The notes under the pieces: generated by a model | The model's database searches: none | The model's input: only the letters and a program-made list of their open reading frames with translations | Told to the model about the DNA's origin: nothing | In this document: positions 8,304 through 17,511 of the stretch, one piece after another | Numbering within the stretch: position 1 is the first letter of the stretch | Layout: each line of letters opens with the position of its first letter | Program-made: the position numbers and the translations under genes | DNA from: a bacterium | GTDB taxonomy: Bacteria > UBA8248 | Length of the DNA: 64,000 nt | Direction: 5' to 3' | Assembly (NCBI GenBank): GCA_965219955.1 | Contig: OZ244799.1 | Span: 736,001-800,000, forward strand

Positions 8304-9512
8304 CTACTCTTTATTACAATGCGCCCGCGCGGCGGTGGCGAACATGCCGGCGGCGTCGATAAGGTTCTGCGCTGGCACGCGCTCGTTCGGCAGGTGGGCT
8401 TCGGAGATGAACTCGCCGGGGCCGAAGAAGACGCCCGGAATCCCGTTCTCGATGAAGAGCCTGAGCGCGCCCGGAGACTCGATGCCGGGCAGGTACTCGT
8501 TCGGCGTCCCCCGCACGGCGGGCACGACGCGCTCCATGAGCTGCACGACGGGCTCTTCTTCCGCGATTTCCGTCACCTCGCGCGCCCCGCTCGGCATGAT
8601 CTCGACCGACGCGTCGAATTCCGGGTCATCCGCCGCGAGTTCTGCGAGGATGCCCTCTAAAGTCTCCTTGACGCCCGCTGAGGTCTGCCCCGGCAGCATG
8701 CGCACGTCGAAGGTGGCGCTGCACCGCCCGCCCACGACGTTCACGGCGGAGCCTCCGTTGATGGTGGAAAAGGCTAAAGTGCCGGGCCCCAGGAAGGGAT
8801 GCGGCGGCGGAGCGATGTGCTCGGCCCGGAAGGCGTCGATGATCTTCGCCATCTTCTCGATGGCGTTGATTCCCTTCTCGGGCACGCTCACGTGCACCGA
8901 GCGGCCGCGCACTTTTACTTCAAAGAACACCCGCCCCTTGAAGGAGCGGATGATGTTGTTGCCCGTCGATTCGGTGTAGAGGACCATGTCGCCGCCCAGT
9001 TCCCTGAAAACGCCGTTGTTGACCAGCGATTGCGCGCCGTAGTAATCGCCCTTCTCGCCGTCCGAGAGCAGGACCCAGGTGAGCGTGCCGTTCAGCGCGA
9101 TTTTCTCGTCCTTGAACGCTTTGAGCGCGCCGAGGGTGGACGCCAGCGCGCCCTTCATGTCGGCTGCGCCGCGTCCCCAGATTTCGCCGTTCTTGAGTTC
9201 GCCGCTGAAGGGGGGGACCTCCCAGGCGTCCACCTCTTCGGGGTGGACGGGCACGGTGTCCATGTGGCCGCCGATGACGAAGTGCCCGCCCGGGCCGCCG
9301 TCGCCCGTCTGGATGATGAAGTTGGGCATCCCGGCCTCGTATTCGTACGTGGTGATGTTATCGACGCCGATGGCTTTGAGTTCGGCGAGGATGCGCTCGG
9401 CCATGTCCGAGCAGTCGCCGGGCGGGTTTTCCGCCGGTATGCGAATCAGATCCTGCGCGAGATTGACGACGTAGTCCCCATCCACGGGAACCGGTGCGAT
9501 GGCGCTGTTCAT
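8304..9512 (-). CDS. M20-family metallopeptidase/deacylase (ArgE/DapE-like)
   Basis: GHMDTVP, IWGRGAADMKG, GRSVHVSVPEKGINAI and AHLPNERV. Confidence 0.9.
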   Translation of the reverse strand: MNSAIAPVPVDGDYVVNLAQDLIRIPAENPPGDCSDMAERILAELKAIGVDNITTYEYEAGMPNFIIQTGDGGPGGHFVIGGHMDTVPVHPEEVDAWEVPPFSGELKNGEIWGRGAADMKGALASTLGALKAFKDEKIALNGTLTWVLLSDGEKGDYYGAQSLVNNGVFRELGGDMVLYTESTGNNIIRSFKGRVFFEVKVRGRSVHVSVPEKGINAIEKMAKIIDAFRAEHIAPPPHPFLGPGTLAFSTINGGSAVNVVGGRCSATFDVRMLPGQTSAGVKETLEGILAELAADDPEFDASVEIMPSGAREVTEIAEEEPVVQLMERVVPAVRGTPNEYLPGIESPGALRLFIENGIPGVFFGPGEFISEAHLPNERVPAQNLIDAAGMFATAARAHCNKE

Positions 9513-9677
9513 GAAAAAACTCCTGTCAGATGGAATGAAATACTCGGGATGATGCTATCTTGATGTCAGCTGGATTCATAGCTCATTCACCAAAACGAAT
9601 CCCTCGTGCCTGGGTATTTCCGGCTCGCCCTTGAAATTTTTTATTCCAAGGAGGACTTCATAATTACTCCCCCTCAA

Positions 9678-9820
9678 GGGGCCGTTGAAAAAGTCCCGAT
9701 GAACGGGGATCGCAGGTTTTGTAGGGACAGGCCTCCGTGCCTGTCCTGACGAAGGACAACCACGGAGGGTTGTCCCTACAACCGCCAATCCTCTTTTATC
9801 AGGACTTTTCCAACAACCCC
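9678..9820. mobile_element. MITE-like TIR element with GTAG-REP cargo
   Basis: GGGGCCGTTGAAAAAGTCC...GGACTTTTCCAACAACCCC, flanked by CTCAA / CTCAG. Confidence 0.7.
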
Positions 9821-9866
9821 CTCAGGGTGGAAGTAATTGCATCATTCGAGCATGCAAGTCATCCCC

Positions 9867-11045
9867 CTACAAATTCAGCGCGAGGCGGCTCACGGTGATT
9901 TCGGTTTCCTCGAGGATTTCCGCCCGCGTCATCTTTCCGCTCAAGACGGCCGTCAACTCCTCGTGGAGCAGGTCCACGGCCTCATCCCGTGAGATTTCGC
10001 CGCGCATGACGCCGCTGATGTCGAGATCGGAGTTCTCCGCCATGCGCGCCGCCGTCCGGGGATTCGCCGTCACCTTGATGGTGGGGGAGACGGGATGGCC
10101 GATGGGGTTTCCGTTCCCGGTGTTGAAGACGATGGCCTGCGACCCGCACGCTCCGAGCGCGGTGACGTTCTCGACGCCCGCGCTCGGCGCGTCCAGGAAC
10201 ACGCAGCCGCGCTCATTCGTCAACTCACCGGGCACGATGACGTCCACGATATCGCGCGTCCCCGCTTTTTTCACCGCGCCCAGGCTTTTCTCCTCAATCG
10301 AGGAGAGCCCGCCCTGGATGTTGTCCTCCGTCGGGTTGCAGCCGATGATGTCCATCCCCATCTCGTGGGCGTAGTCCATCGTGCGCTTCACAGCATCCAG
10401 CAGCTTCCGCCGCACCTTCGGGCCGGCCGCCCGCTTCGCGAGAAGGTGCTCGGCGCCGACGATCTCCATGGTCTCGGAGAAGAGAACGACGCCCCCCGCG
10501 TCCACGATCCTGTCCGCAAGGACCCCGGTGACCGGGTTCGCCACCAGCCCGCTCGTGGTGTCAGAACCCCCGCATTCCGTGCCCAGGGTGATCTCGGACA
10601 GATCGCACCGCCCGCGCCTCGCGGCGCTTAAGTGTTGATACAATTTCTGGGCGATCTCCACCCCCCGGCTCGCCGTCTGGAGCGTGCCGCCCGTCTCGTG
10701 GACCGTGAGGGTCTCGATAGGCATCCAGGGCGATGCCTCCGCCGCCACGTCGGCCACGTCCTGCGCGCTCTTGGGCTCGAGGCTCACGACGATAGCCGCG
10801 CCCACGTTCGGGTGGCCCGCCGTGCGGCCCATGACCCGGTAGTGCTGTTTTTCATCCTCGCCGAAGAGGTTTCTCCCGAATGTCGTGTTCACGACGACCG
10901 CCTCGCGCACGAGTTTCCCGATGCGCCGCGCGAGGGGGTTGGCGTTGTCCATCGCGCTCACGACGACGAGGTGGTTCCGCGCGCCCGGCGCTCCGCTCGG
11001 CCGCCTGTAGCCCATGAAGGTGTTTCGCGGTTTTCTTCTCGGCAA
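9867..11045 (-). CDS. UxaA/GarD-family dehydratase, catalytic (beta) part without SAF domain
   Basis: FMGYRRPSGAPGARNH, GTECGGSDTTSGLVANP, GGLSSIEEKSLGA and FNTGNGNPIG; TTG start after AGGAG. Confidence 0.85.
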   Translation of the reverse strand: MPRRKPRNTFMGYRRPSGAPGARNHLVVVSAMDNANPLARRIGKLVREAVVVNTTFGRNLFGEDEKQHYRVMGRTAGHPNVGAAIVVSLEPKSAQDVADVAAEASPWMPIETLTVHETGGTLQTASRGVEIAQKLYQHLSAARRGRCDLSEITLGTECGGSDTTSGLVANPVTGVLADRIVDAGGVVLFSETMEIVGAEHLLAKRAAGPKVRRKLLDAVKRTMDYAHEMGMDIIGCNPTEDNIQGGLSSIEEKSLGAVKKAGTRDIVDVIVPGELTNERGCVFLDAPSAGVENVTALGACGSQAIVFNTGNGNPIGHPVSPTIKVTANPRTAARMAENSDLDISGVMRGEISRDEAVDLLHEELTAVLSGKMTRAEILEETEITVSRLALNL

Positions 11046-11169
11046 TCGCTGTCTCCTGTTTTGGGGGTTGGTGAAAACCCCTGATTTCGTGATTCCGGGT
11101 ATTTAGACGACTGGCTGGACAGGATACAACACTCCTCCTTGAGGGTCATTGCCAGCTGAGTAAAGAGGA

Positions 11170-11450
11170 AGAACCACTCCCCCCTTGCCAGGGGACAAGG
11201 GCAACCCCCCCTACCCCCCCTTGTCAGGGGGGCAAAAAAAAAGAAAGACCCCCTTGTCAGGGGGCAAGAAAAATCAAAACCCCCTCAGCCCGGCGGGGGC
11301 GCATCGCCTTTTCATACCCCCCTGTCAAGGGGGGTAGGGGGGGTTGGTTTTGTAGGGACAGGCCTCTGTGCCTGTCCTGATGGCAACTATCCTGCGAAGG
11401 ACAACCACGGAGGGCAGGACAACCCCGAGGAGGGGTTGTCCCTACAACCG
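11170..11450. repeat. Composite repeat cluster (CCCCCCTACCCCCCTTGTCAGGGGG units and GTAG REPs)
   Basis: Same modules recur at 15230-15540, 17195-17305, 31760-31855 and 51145-51245. Confidence 0.8.
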
Positions 11451-11487
11451 CCATTCTTCCTTTATCGTGCCTATTTCAACCACCCCC

Positions 11488-12327
11488 TCAATCCTCGAAC
11501 GGCGCGGGGCGGTGGCGGACGTTCACCTCGCGCGTCTTGATATACTCGATGACGCCGATGAGCCTTTCCACCACGGCTTCGTGGAAGGCGCGCCCTTTCT
11601 CCGGGGTGGCTTGCGTCGGGTCGCCGGATTGCCCCTGATCGCCGATCTCGGCCCGGTATTCCTCGACCGTCTTGGGGTAGAAAAAGCGCGGCGCGTCCAC
11701 CGCAGGATCCGAAATGTGGTGCCCCGTCATCCACTCGGGGTTCGGGTTCGAGCTCTGCGGCGTTGCTTTCTCCATGTCGACGAGGTGGGGATTCATGTGC
11801 AGCGCGTGCGAAGCTTCCAGCTCACACGCGTGGCCCTGTCCGCCGGGGGGCGTGGTTCTGATATCCGGGATCCTGTCGAAGGCGATGATGCCCACGTCCA
11901 CGATGGCGAGCGCCGCGCCCGTCCTCTGCCGCATCTGGTTGACGGCGATCTCGAGCGGCGCCAGGTTGGCCCGCCTGTGCCCGTTCACCAGGATCACCCG
12001 GTTGAAGCCGTGGTAGAGGAGGCTCGCCATGATGTCGGTCACGACGGCGGTCAGGGTCTCGGGCCTCAGCGTAACCGTGCCCGTGAGCGCCATGTGGTTG
12101 TTGGTCCAGCCGTACCAGAGGGTGGGGTAGACCAGGACGCCCGCGCGCTGCCCCGCGTCCCGGGCGACGTGGTGGGCGGCGAACGCGTCGTGGCCGATGG
12201 GCATGTGCGGGCCGTGCTGCTCCACGCTTCCCACGGGCAGAATCGCCATATCGTTTCCCGAATCGAGATATTCGCGCACCTCGCGCCAGCTTTTCTCATG
12301 CGCCCAGGGGGTTTCGGCGGTATCCAT
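11488..12327 (-). CDS. Creatininase/creatinine amidohydrolase family protein
   Basis: LPVGSVEQHGPHMPIGHD, VNGHRRAN and GHACELE; ATG 12327 after GAGGAG. Confidence 0.9.
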   Translation of the reverse strand: MDTAETPWAHEKSWREVREYLDSGNDMAILPVGSVEQHGPHMPIGHDAFAAHHVARDAGQRAGVLVYPTLWYGWTNNHMALTGTVTLRPETLTAVVTDIMASLLYHGFNRVILVNGHRRANLAPLEIAVNQMRQRTGAALAIVDVGIIAFDRIPDIRTTPPGGQGHACELEASHALHMNPHLVDMEKATPQSSNPNPEWMTGHHISDPAVDAPRFFYPKTVEEYRAEIGDQGQSGDPTQATPEKGRAFHEAVVERLIGVIEYIKTREVNVRHRPAPFED

Positions 12328-12371
12328 AGTGGTTCTCCTCTCGTGTGGGGGTTGTTGAAAACCCCCTCTTC

Positions 12372-12567
12372 GGGGCTGTTGAAAAAGTCCCCGGTCTGCC
12401 CCTCCGCAAACCGCCAACGCCTCTTGCCTCACCCTGAGTAGCCGCCGAAGGCGGCGTATCGAAGGGCGCGGAGAGTCGAACGCCTCGCGCCGGGTGAGGG
12501 GGCATCCTTCGATACGCGGCTCCGCCGCTACTCAGGATGAGGCGGAAGGGAGTTTTTCAACAGCCCC
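12372..12567. mobile_element. MITE-like TIR element; inverted near-copy of 15321-15514
   Basis: GGGGCTGTTGAAAAA...TTTTTCAACAGCCCC; cargo is the reverse complement of the 15321-15514 cargo. Confidence 0.75.
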
Positions 12568-12652
12568 CTCAAGGGGGGAGTGAACTTCAAAAGCGTGCGC
12601 TCAACTAGAATCACTCCACAGGGCTTTTTCAAAAACCCCATATGGGTTCGGC

Positions 12653-12985
12653 TCAAAACAACAGGCCCCGCAGGCCCGGAAACAGCATGAACGCGCAAAC
12701 GCCCGCGGCAAGACCGGCGAGCAGGTTTTTCCTCAAACCATAGAAGACGCCCACGCAGACCGCCAGACCCGCGAGGCGGTCGATGATGTGTGATTCCGCG
12801 AGCGCACCGCCGGGCAGCAGGATGATCTTCATCATCAACCCGGTGGCGATGGCGTAGGCCACGCAGGTCACCCACTCGAAGACGGGGCTGTCGTCCTCTA
12901 TCCGGCCCGCGATGAGCACGCCCATCCACCGCCACGAATACGTGCAGACGACGGCGATCCCCAATAAAATCGCGGCGTCAGGCAT
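12653..12985 (-). CDS. AzlD-family branched-chain amino acid exporter small subunit
   Basis: Small hydrophobic protein with TYSWRWMG; overlaps the AzlC-like gene. Confidence 0.75.
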   Translation of the reverse strand: MPDAAILLGIAVVCTYSWRWMGVLIAGRIEDDSPVFEWVTCVAYAIATGLMMKIILLPGGALAESHIIDRLAGLAVCVGVFYGLRKNLLAGLAAGVCAFMLFPGLRGLLF

Positions 12986-13703
12986 CCTTCTTCCTCATTC
13001 TCCCGACGCCGAACGCGAGCGTTCCGGCCAGGACGCCGCCCGTGAGGAGCCCCCAGTTGGTGGAGACCAGATAGCCCGCCGGCACGAGCGCGCAGCCCAA
13101 GACCACCGACAGGAGAACCGCGCGCCGGCTGCTCTGCGCGGCGAGCAGCAGCATGAAGAGCGGCGTGATGAGCATGAGCGCCCGTGCGATGAGGCCGGGC
13201 ATCCTGGCGGCCATCGTGTAGCCGAACGCCGTGCCGAGAAGCCCCAGTGACATGCAGGCGGTCGTGAAGCCGAAGAAATAGGCGGCGCGCAGGTTTTTCT
13301 CTGATACGTGGCGGCACATCTCGACGACCTGGACGAACGAGGTGACCGAGTTGACGTGGGCCATCCAGAAATGCACGTTCTCGACGCCGGGCCGTTTCCG
13401 CAGCAGCGGCATGGTGGCGATGGTGAGCGGGAACATCCGTACGTTGGCGATGGTGACCGAGGCGATGAGCGCGACGCCCCCGACGCCGGCGGCGAAAAGC
13501 TCCACGAAGGCCACCTGGCCCGGCGTGCTCCACATGCCGCCCGTCATGCCCAGCGCGATCAGGAGCGAGACGCCGCTGTCCTTCGCAAGCGCGCCGAAAC
13601 CCGACATGGCGGCGAAAAGCCCGATGCCGGGCGCCCGGACGCAATGCTTCATCCCCTGGCGGAAATAGGCGCCCCGGGTCTTTTCGGTGCGGCGGAAATC
13701 CAT
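12978..13703 (-). CDS. AzlC-family membrane protein
   Basis: AMSGFGALA, STPGQVAFVE and IANVRMFP; multi-TM. Confidence 0.8.
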   Translation of the reverse strand: MDFRRTEKTRGAYFRQGMKHCVRAPGIGLFAAMSGFGALAKDSGVSLLIALGMTGGMWSTPGQVAFVELFAAGVGGVALIASVTIANVRMFPLTIATMPLLRKRPGVENVHFWMAHVNSVTSFVQVVEMCRHVSEKNLRAAYFFGFTTACMSLGLLGTAFGYTMAARMPGLIARALMLITPLFMLLLAAQSSRRAVLLSVVLGCALVPAGYLVSTNWGLLTGGVLAGTLAFGVGRMRKKDA

Positions 13704-14854
13704 CAGGCGCTCATGATCTTTTCGAGCTTGTCGGCGGCCTTGAGACCGTGGCCCGTCACGGGGACGACGGCGGTTTCAGACGGGTTGACCTTCCCTTGTT
13801 CCTTCAAAAGTGCGAGCGCGGCGAAGGCGACGGCGCTCGTCGGCTCCATGAGGACGCCCTTCGCGCCGAACTCCCGGAGGAGGGGAGGGATGGCTGCGTC
13901 CTCCACCGATATGAAACAACCTCCGCTCTCGCGCACCGCCTCGCGCATCTGCTTCCAGCGCACGGGCGCGGCGATGGAGATGCCCTCCGCGATCGTGTCC
14001 TCAGGCAAAATCTCCGGCACGGCTTCGAGATTCTCCTCCCACATCCGCACCATCGGCGCGCAGTTGGCCGCCTGGGCCGCGAAGATTTTGGGGAGTTCAG
14101 CGATATAGCCGGCGCGTAAGAGTTCCGAAAAGCCGAGATAAGCGCCGAGCAAAGCCGAGCCGTGCCCGGCGGGGGCGACGACGGCGTCGGGTGCGCGGAA
14201 GCCCAGTTGCTCCCATACCTCGAACGCCCAGGTCTTGGTGCCGTGGTTGAACCAGGGGTTCCAGAAATGGGAGGCGTAGAAGCGCTCTTTCGCCGCATCC
14301 ACCGCGACGGCGGTGGATGCGGCCCGGGGGCCGGGGATTTTCTTGAGATTGGCGCCATAGGCGGTGATCTGCGCGCACTTGGCCGATGAAGTGGAGGCGG
14401 GCGTGTAGATGTCGCACTCGACCCCCGCGCGCGCAGCGTAGGCGGCGACGGCGGCGGCGGCGTTGCCCGAAGAATCCATGAGCACCTGCGCGAGACCCCA
14501 CTCCTTGAGCTTGCTCATCAGCACGGTGGCGCCGCGGTCCTTGAACGAGCCGGTGGGGAAGAGGAAATCGAGCTTGCAGAGGATTTCCATCCCCGAAAAG
14601 GGGAGGGGGACGAGCGGCGTCATCCCCTCGTTCATGGAGACGACGTTCGCATCATCATCAACGGGTATCGCCTCGCGGTAGCGCCAGAGAGTGGCGGGGC
14701 GGGTGGCCAATGATTCGCGGGTGAAGATGCCCCTCGGCGCCATCTCCAGCGGCCCGCCGCAGGCGCATCGCCAGCGGGGTTCACTCGGGGGGTAGTTCTC
14801 CCCGCAGTCGATACAGGCGAATTCCGCTTCACTCATTTTCTGGCGCCGATTCAT
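13703..14854 (-). CDS. Threonine synthase-like PLP enzyme
   Basis: N-terminal Zn-finger Cys, EGMTPL, PTGSFKDRG, DSSGNA, PAGHGS and EPTSAV; start may be 14836. Confidence 0.85.
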   Translation of the reverse strand: MNRRQKMSEAEFACIDCGENYPPSEPRWRCACGGPLEMAPRGIFTRESLATRPATLWRYREAIPVDDDANVVSMNEGMTPLVPLPFSGMEILCKLDFLFPTGSFKDRGATVLMSKLKEWGLAQVLMDSSGNAAAAVAAYAARAGVECDIYTPASTSSAKCAQITAYGANLKKIPGPRAASTAVAVDAAKERFYASHFWNPWFNHGTKTWAFEVWEQLGFRAPDAVVAPAGHGSALLGAYLGFSELLRAGYIAELPKIFAAQAANCAPMVRMWEENLEAVPEILPEDTIAEGISIAAPVRWKQMREAVRESGGCFISVEDAAIPPLLREFGAKGVLMEPTSAVAFAALALLKEQGKVNPSETAVVPVTGHGLKAADKLEKIMSA

Positions 14855-14949
14855 TCGTTATAGTTAGGGTAAATGACGTTAAAGGCTAAATGTTCCGCTT
14901 GCCTGAGTCCAGTCGCGCGGGGGAGATTCGGGTGGGAATGACCCTTTTT

Positions 14950-15600
14950 GGGGGGATGTTGAAAAAAATCCCGATGAATGAAGGTTCGACGTAAATGGGT
15001 AGGAGGCGGTTTTTTGTAGTGGACAATCCCTCCTCGGGATTGTCCACGCATATATGCGGCCCATAACGGGCGGCGAAAAAGGCCAAGTCGCATGGATGTG
15101 ACCCCTACAGGTGAAATGCGATTGACGCGCGAGGAATTGTAGGGACAGGTCGCGACCTGTCCCTACGGAGAAGGACAACCACGGGGGGATGTTCTTTTGT
15201 AGGGGACGCCTCTTTCGGCTGGAAAAGCAACCCCCCCTACCCCCCCTTGTCAGGGGGGTAAGAAAAGGCAAAGCCCCTCAGCCCGGCGGGGCGCATCGCC
15301 TTTCTATACCCCCCAGACAAGGGGCTGTTGAAAAACCCCCTTCCGCCTCATCCTGAGTAGCGGCGGAGCCGCGTATCGAAGGATGCCCCCTCACCCGGCG
15401 CGAGGCGTTCGACTCTCCGCGCCCTTCGATACGCCGCCTTCGGCGGCTACTCAGGGTGAGGAAAGAGGTGTTGGCGGTTTGCGGAGGGGCAGACCAGGCT
15501 TTTTCAACAGGCCCGACAAGGGGGGGTAGGGGGGGTTGCCTTTATGGGGAGCTTTCAGGGAGGTTGCCATTACCCTCTCAGGGGGTTTTTCAACAAGCCT
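14950..15600. repeat. Composite intergenic repeat cluster
   Basis: TIR ends, GTAGGGACAGGTCGCGACCTGTCCCTAC REP, CCCCCCTACCCCCC units and nested element 15321-15514. Confidence 0.8.
15321..15514. mobile_element. 194-bp MITE-like element with 15-bp TIRs and 5-bp target duplication
   Basis: GACAA|GGGGCTGTTGAAAAA...TTTTTCAACAGGCCC|GACAA; removing it restores the CCCCC-GACAA-GGGGGGTAGGGGGG repeat. Confidence 0.8.
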
Positions 15601-15709
15601 CCAGAAGAAGTGGTTCTTTTCTCACGCGCCGGTTGCCGATGCCGTTCGAAGAAATCGTGAACTCCGGTATATAATTCCGGTTCATCTCGAAAATTTCAGG
15701 AGACATTAG

Positions 15710-17011
15710 ATGGTAACGGACCCCAGGTTTTTTGCGAGAGACGGCCGCGCGGGCGACGCGGCGGCTGCGTTCTCCAGTGAGGAGCGCGACAGGCGGTGGA
15801 ACGCGGTGCGCGCCGCCATGGATGCGCGCGGGCTCGATTGCCTCATCGTCATCGGGCGCGGCTCGAACGGAAGCGGCGACACCCGCTGGCTCGACGGGGG
15901 CGATTACGGGGAGCGCAGCATGGTGTTCCCCCGCAAGGGCGCGCCCGTCACCTTCTGGCTCCTCCAGAACTGGGGCAAGTGGTACACCGAGTCGTGCTTC
16001 GAGGGGGTGCGCTACCGGGGGCACGAGGGGAAGGTGAGCATCGTGGCCTCAGACGCCGTCAAGGAACTGGGCTACGAGGGCGGGCGAATCGGCGTCGTCG
16101 GCCTGATCGGCGGGGGATACGGTTCCGAGGGCGCGATCCCCTACATGACGTACCGGAACCTGAAGCGCCTTCTGCCGGATGCGGAGTTCGCGGACGCTTC
16201 GGACATCCTCACGCGCCTCCGCATGATAAAGAGTCCTGAGGAAATCGAGATGCTCGAAAAGGCGGCCGAGATGGTGAACATCGAGATAGACGCCGTGCTC
16301 GGCTGCTGCCGCCCCGGGGTGCGGGAGAGCGAGGTGTACGCCGCGCTGTTCGGCGCCAGCCTGCGCGCGGGCGCGGAGCCGGGGCGCGACAGCTGGCTCA
16401 TCATGTGCTCGGGCAAGGGCTACCCGGTGAACAGAAGGCCCACGGACAGGATTCTGCGCACCGGTGACATGATGTGCATCGGTTACTACGCGCGCTACGG
16501 GGGCTACTGGAGCCATCCGCACACCTCGATGTCGCTGGGGCCGATGGATGAGGAATACAGGCCGCTTCGCGAGGCGGTGCGCGAAAGCCTCCACGCCGCG
16601 CTCGACGCCTTGAAGCCGGGCACGCCGTGGAGCGAGGTGGACCGCGCGTCGAACGAGGCGGTGCTGAGGGGCGGGTTCTACCACGAGATTCCCCAGGTGC
16701 ACGGGGTGGGGATCGACGGCATCGAGCCGCCCATGACGACGATATGCGCGGGCGAGATTCCCCGGAAATTCTCCTGGCGCGAGCCGTTCGTGGAGGGGAG
16801 CCTCGCCGAGAACCCCGAATGGCGCGAACTCGCGGGTGAGCGCTACGGTTTTCTGGCGGATTTCGAGGTCGAGGCGGGCATGTGCCTGGCCGTCGAGATC
16901 AAGGCCGCGCACGAGGACAGGATATTCATCGTCTTCGGCCCGCAGGTGATCGTCGAGGAGAACGGCCCGCGGGTCCTCACGCCCGAGGCGATGGACGTGA
17001 TCGAGTTGTGA
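15710..17011 (+). CDS. M24-family (Xaa-Pro peptidase/creatinase-like) hydrolase
   Basis: LRMIKSPEEI, RPGVRESEV, DRILRTGD and VHGVGID; N-terminal creatinase domain. Confidence 0.85.
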   Translation: MVTDPRFFARDGRAGDAAAAFSSEERDRRWNAVRAAMDARGLDCLIVIGRGSNGSGDTRWLDGGDYGERSMVFPRKGAPVTFWLLQNWGKWYTESCFEGVRYRGHEGKVSIVASDAVKELGYEGGRIGVVGLIGGGYGSEGAIPYMTYRNLKRLLPDAEFADASDILTRLRMIKSPEEIEMLEKAAEMVNIEIDAVLGCCRPGVRESEVYAALFGASLRAGAEPGRDSWLIMCSGKGYPVNRRPTDRILRTGDMMCIGYYARYGGYWSHPHTSMSLGPMDEEYRPLREAVRESLHAALDALKPGTPWSEVDRASNEAVLRGGFYHEIPQVHGVGIDGIEPPMTTICAGEIPRKFSWREPFVEGSLAENPEWRELAGERYGFLADFEVEAGMCLAVEIKAAHEDRIFIVFGPQVIVEENGPRVLTPEAMDVIEL

Positions 17012-17027
17012 GCGAACGCGGCCGTGG

Positions 17028-17385
17028 AGGGGTTGTTGAGAAAGCCCTCGTCAGTCGGTGTTGCGGTTGTAGGGACAACCCTCCGTGGTTGTCCTTTTGC
17101 AGGATGGTTCGAATCAGGACAGGCACGGAGGCCTGTCCCTACAGGGCGGCGCCTCCTCGGTCGGTTCGATTGCCCCCTCATTTGTTGAAAACCAACCCCC
17201 CCCTACCCCCCCTTGTCAGGGGGGTAAAAAAAGCGCCGCCCCCCCGTCGCCGGAGGGGTCTTGGTTCTTCTTGCCCCCCTGACAAGGGGGGGTAGGGGGG
17301 TTGCCTTTATCCCTTGAGGAGAGAGGCTTTTTCAATTCAAACCCTCATTCATCAATCGGGTTTGACCCTTAAGGGAGGAGTGAAG
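17028..17385. repeat. Composite intergenic repeat cluster
   Basis: GTAGGGACAACCCTCCGTGGTTGTCC / GGACAGGCACGGAGGCCTGTCCCTAC REP pair and inverted CCCCCCTACCCCCCTTGTCAGGGGG units. Confidence 0.8.
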
Positions 17386-17511
17386 TCTCTTTACTCCCGG
17401 GGGTCCGCCCACCGGCCGCCGCATCGGGAAAACCCCTTTCGGGAAGTCAGCCGTTTCCTTCACCGCTTTCATCGACGGCGCCCCCGGCGTCGCCGCCGAT
17501 TTCGCCGCCTC

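Noticed and set aside
11488-12327. Mycofactocin peptidase MftE / RiPP cluster
   Set aside because: No mftA/B/C or radical SAM gene in the window; generic creatininase family.
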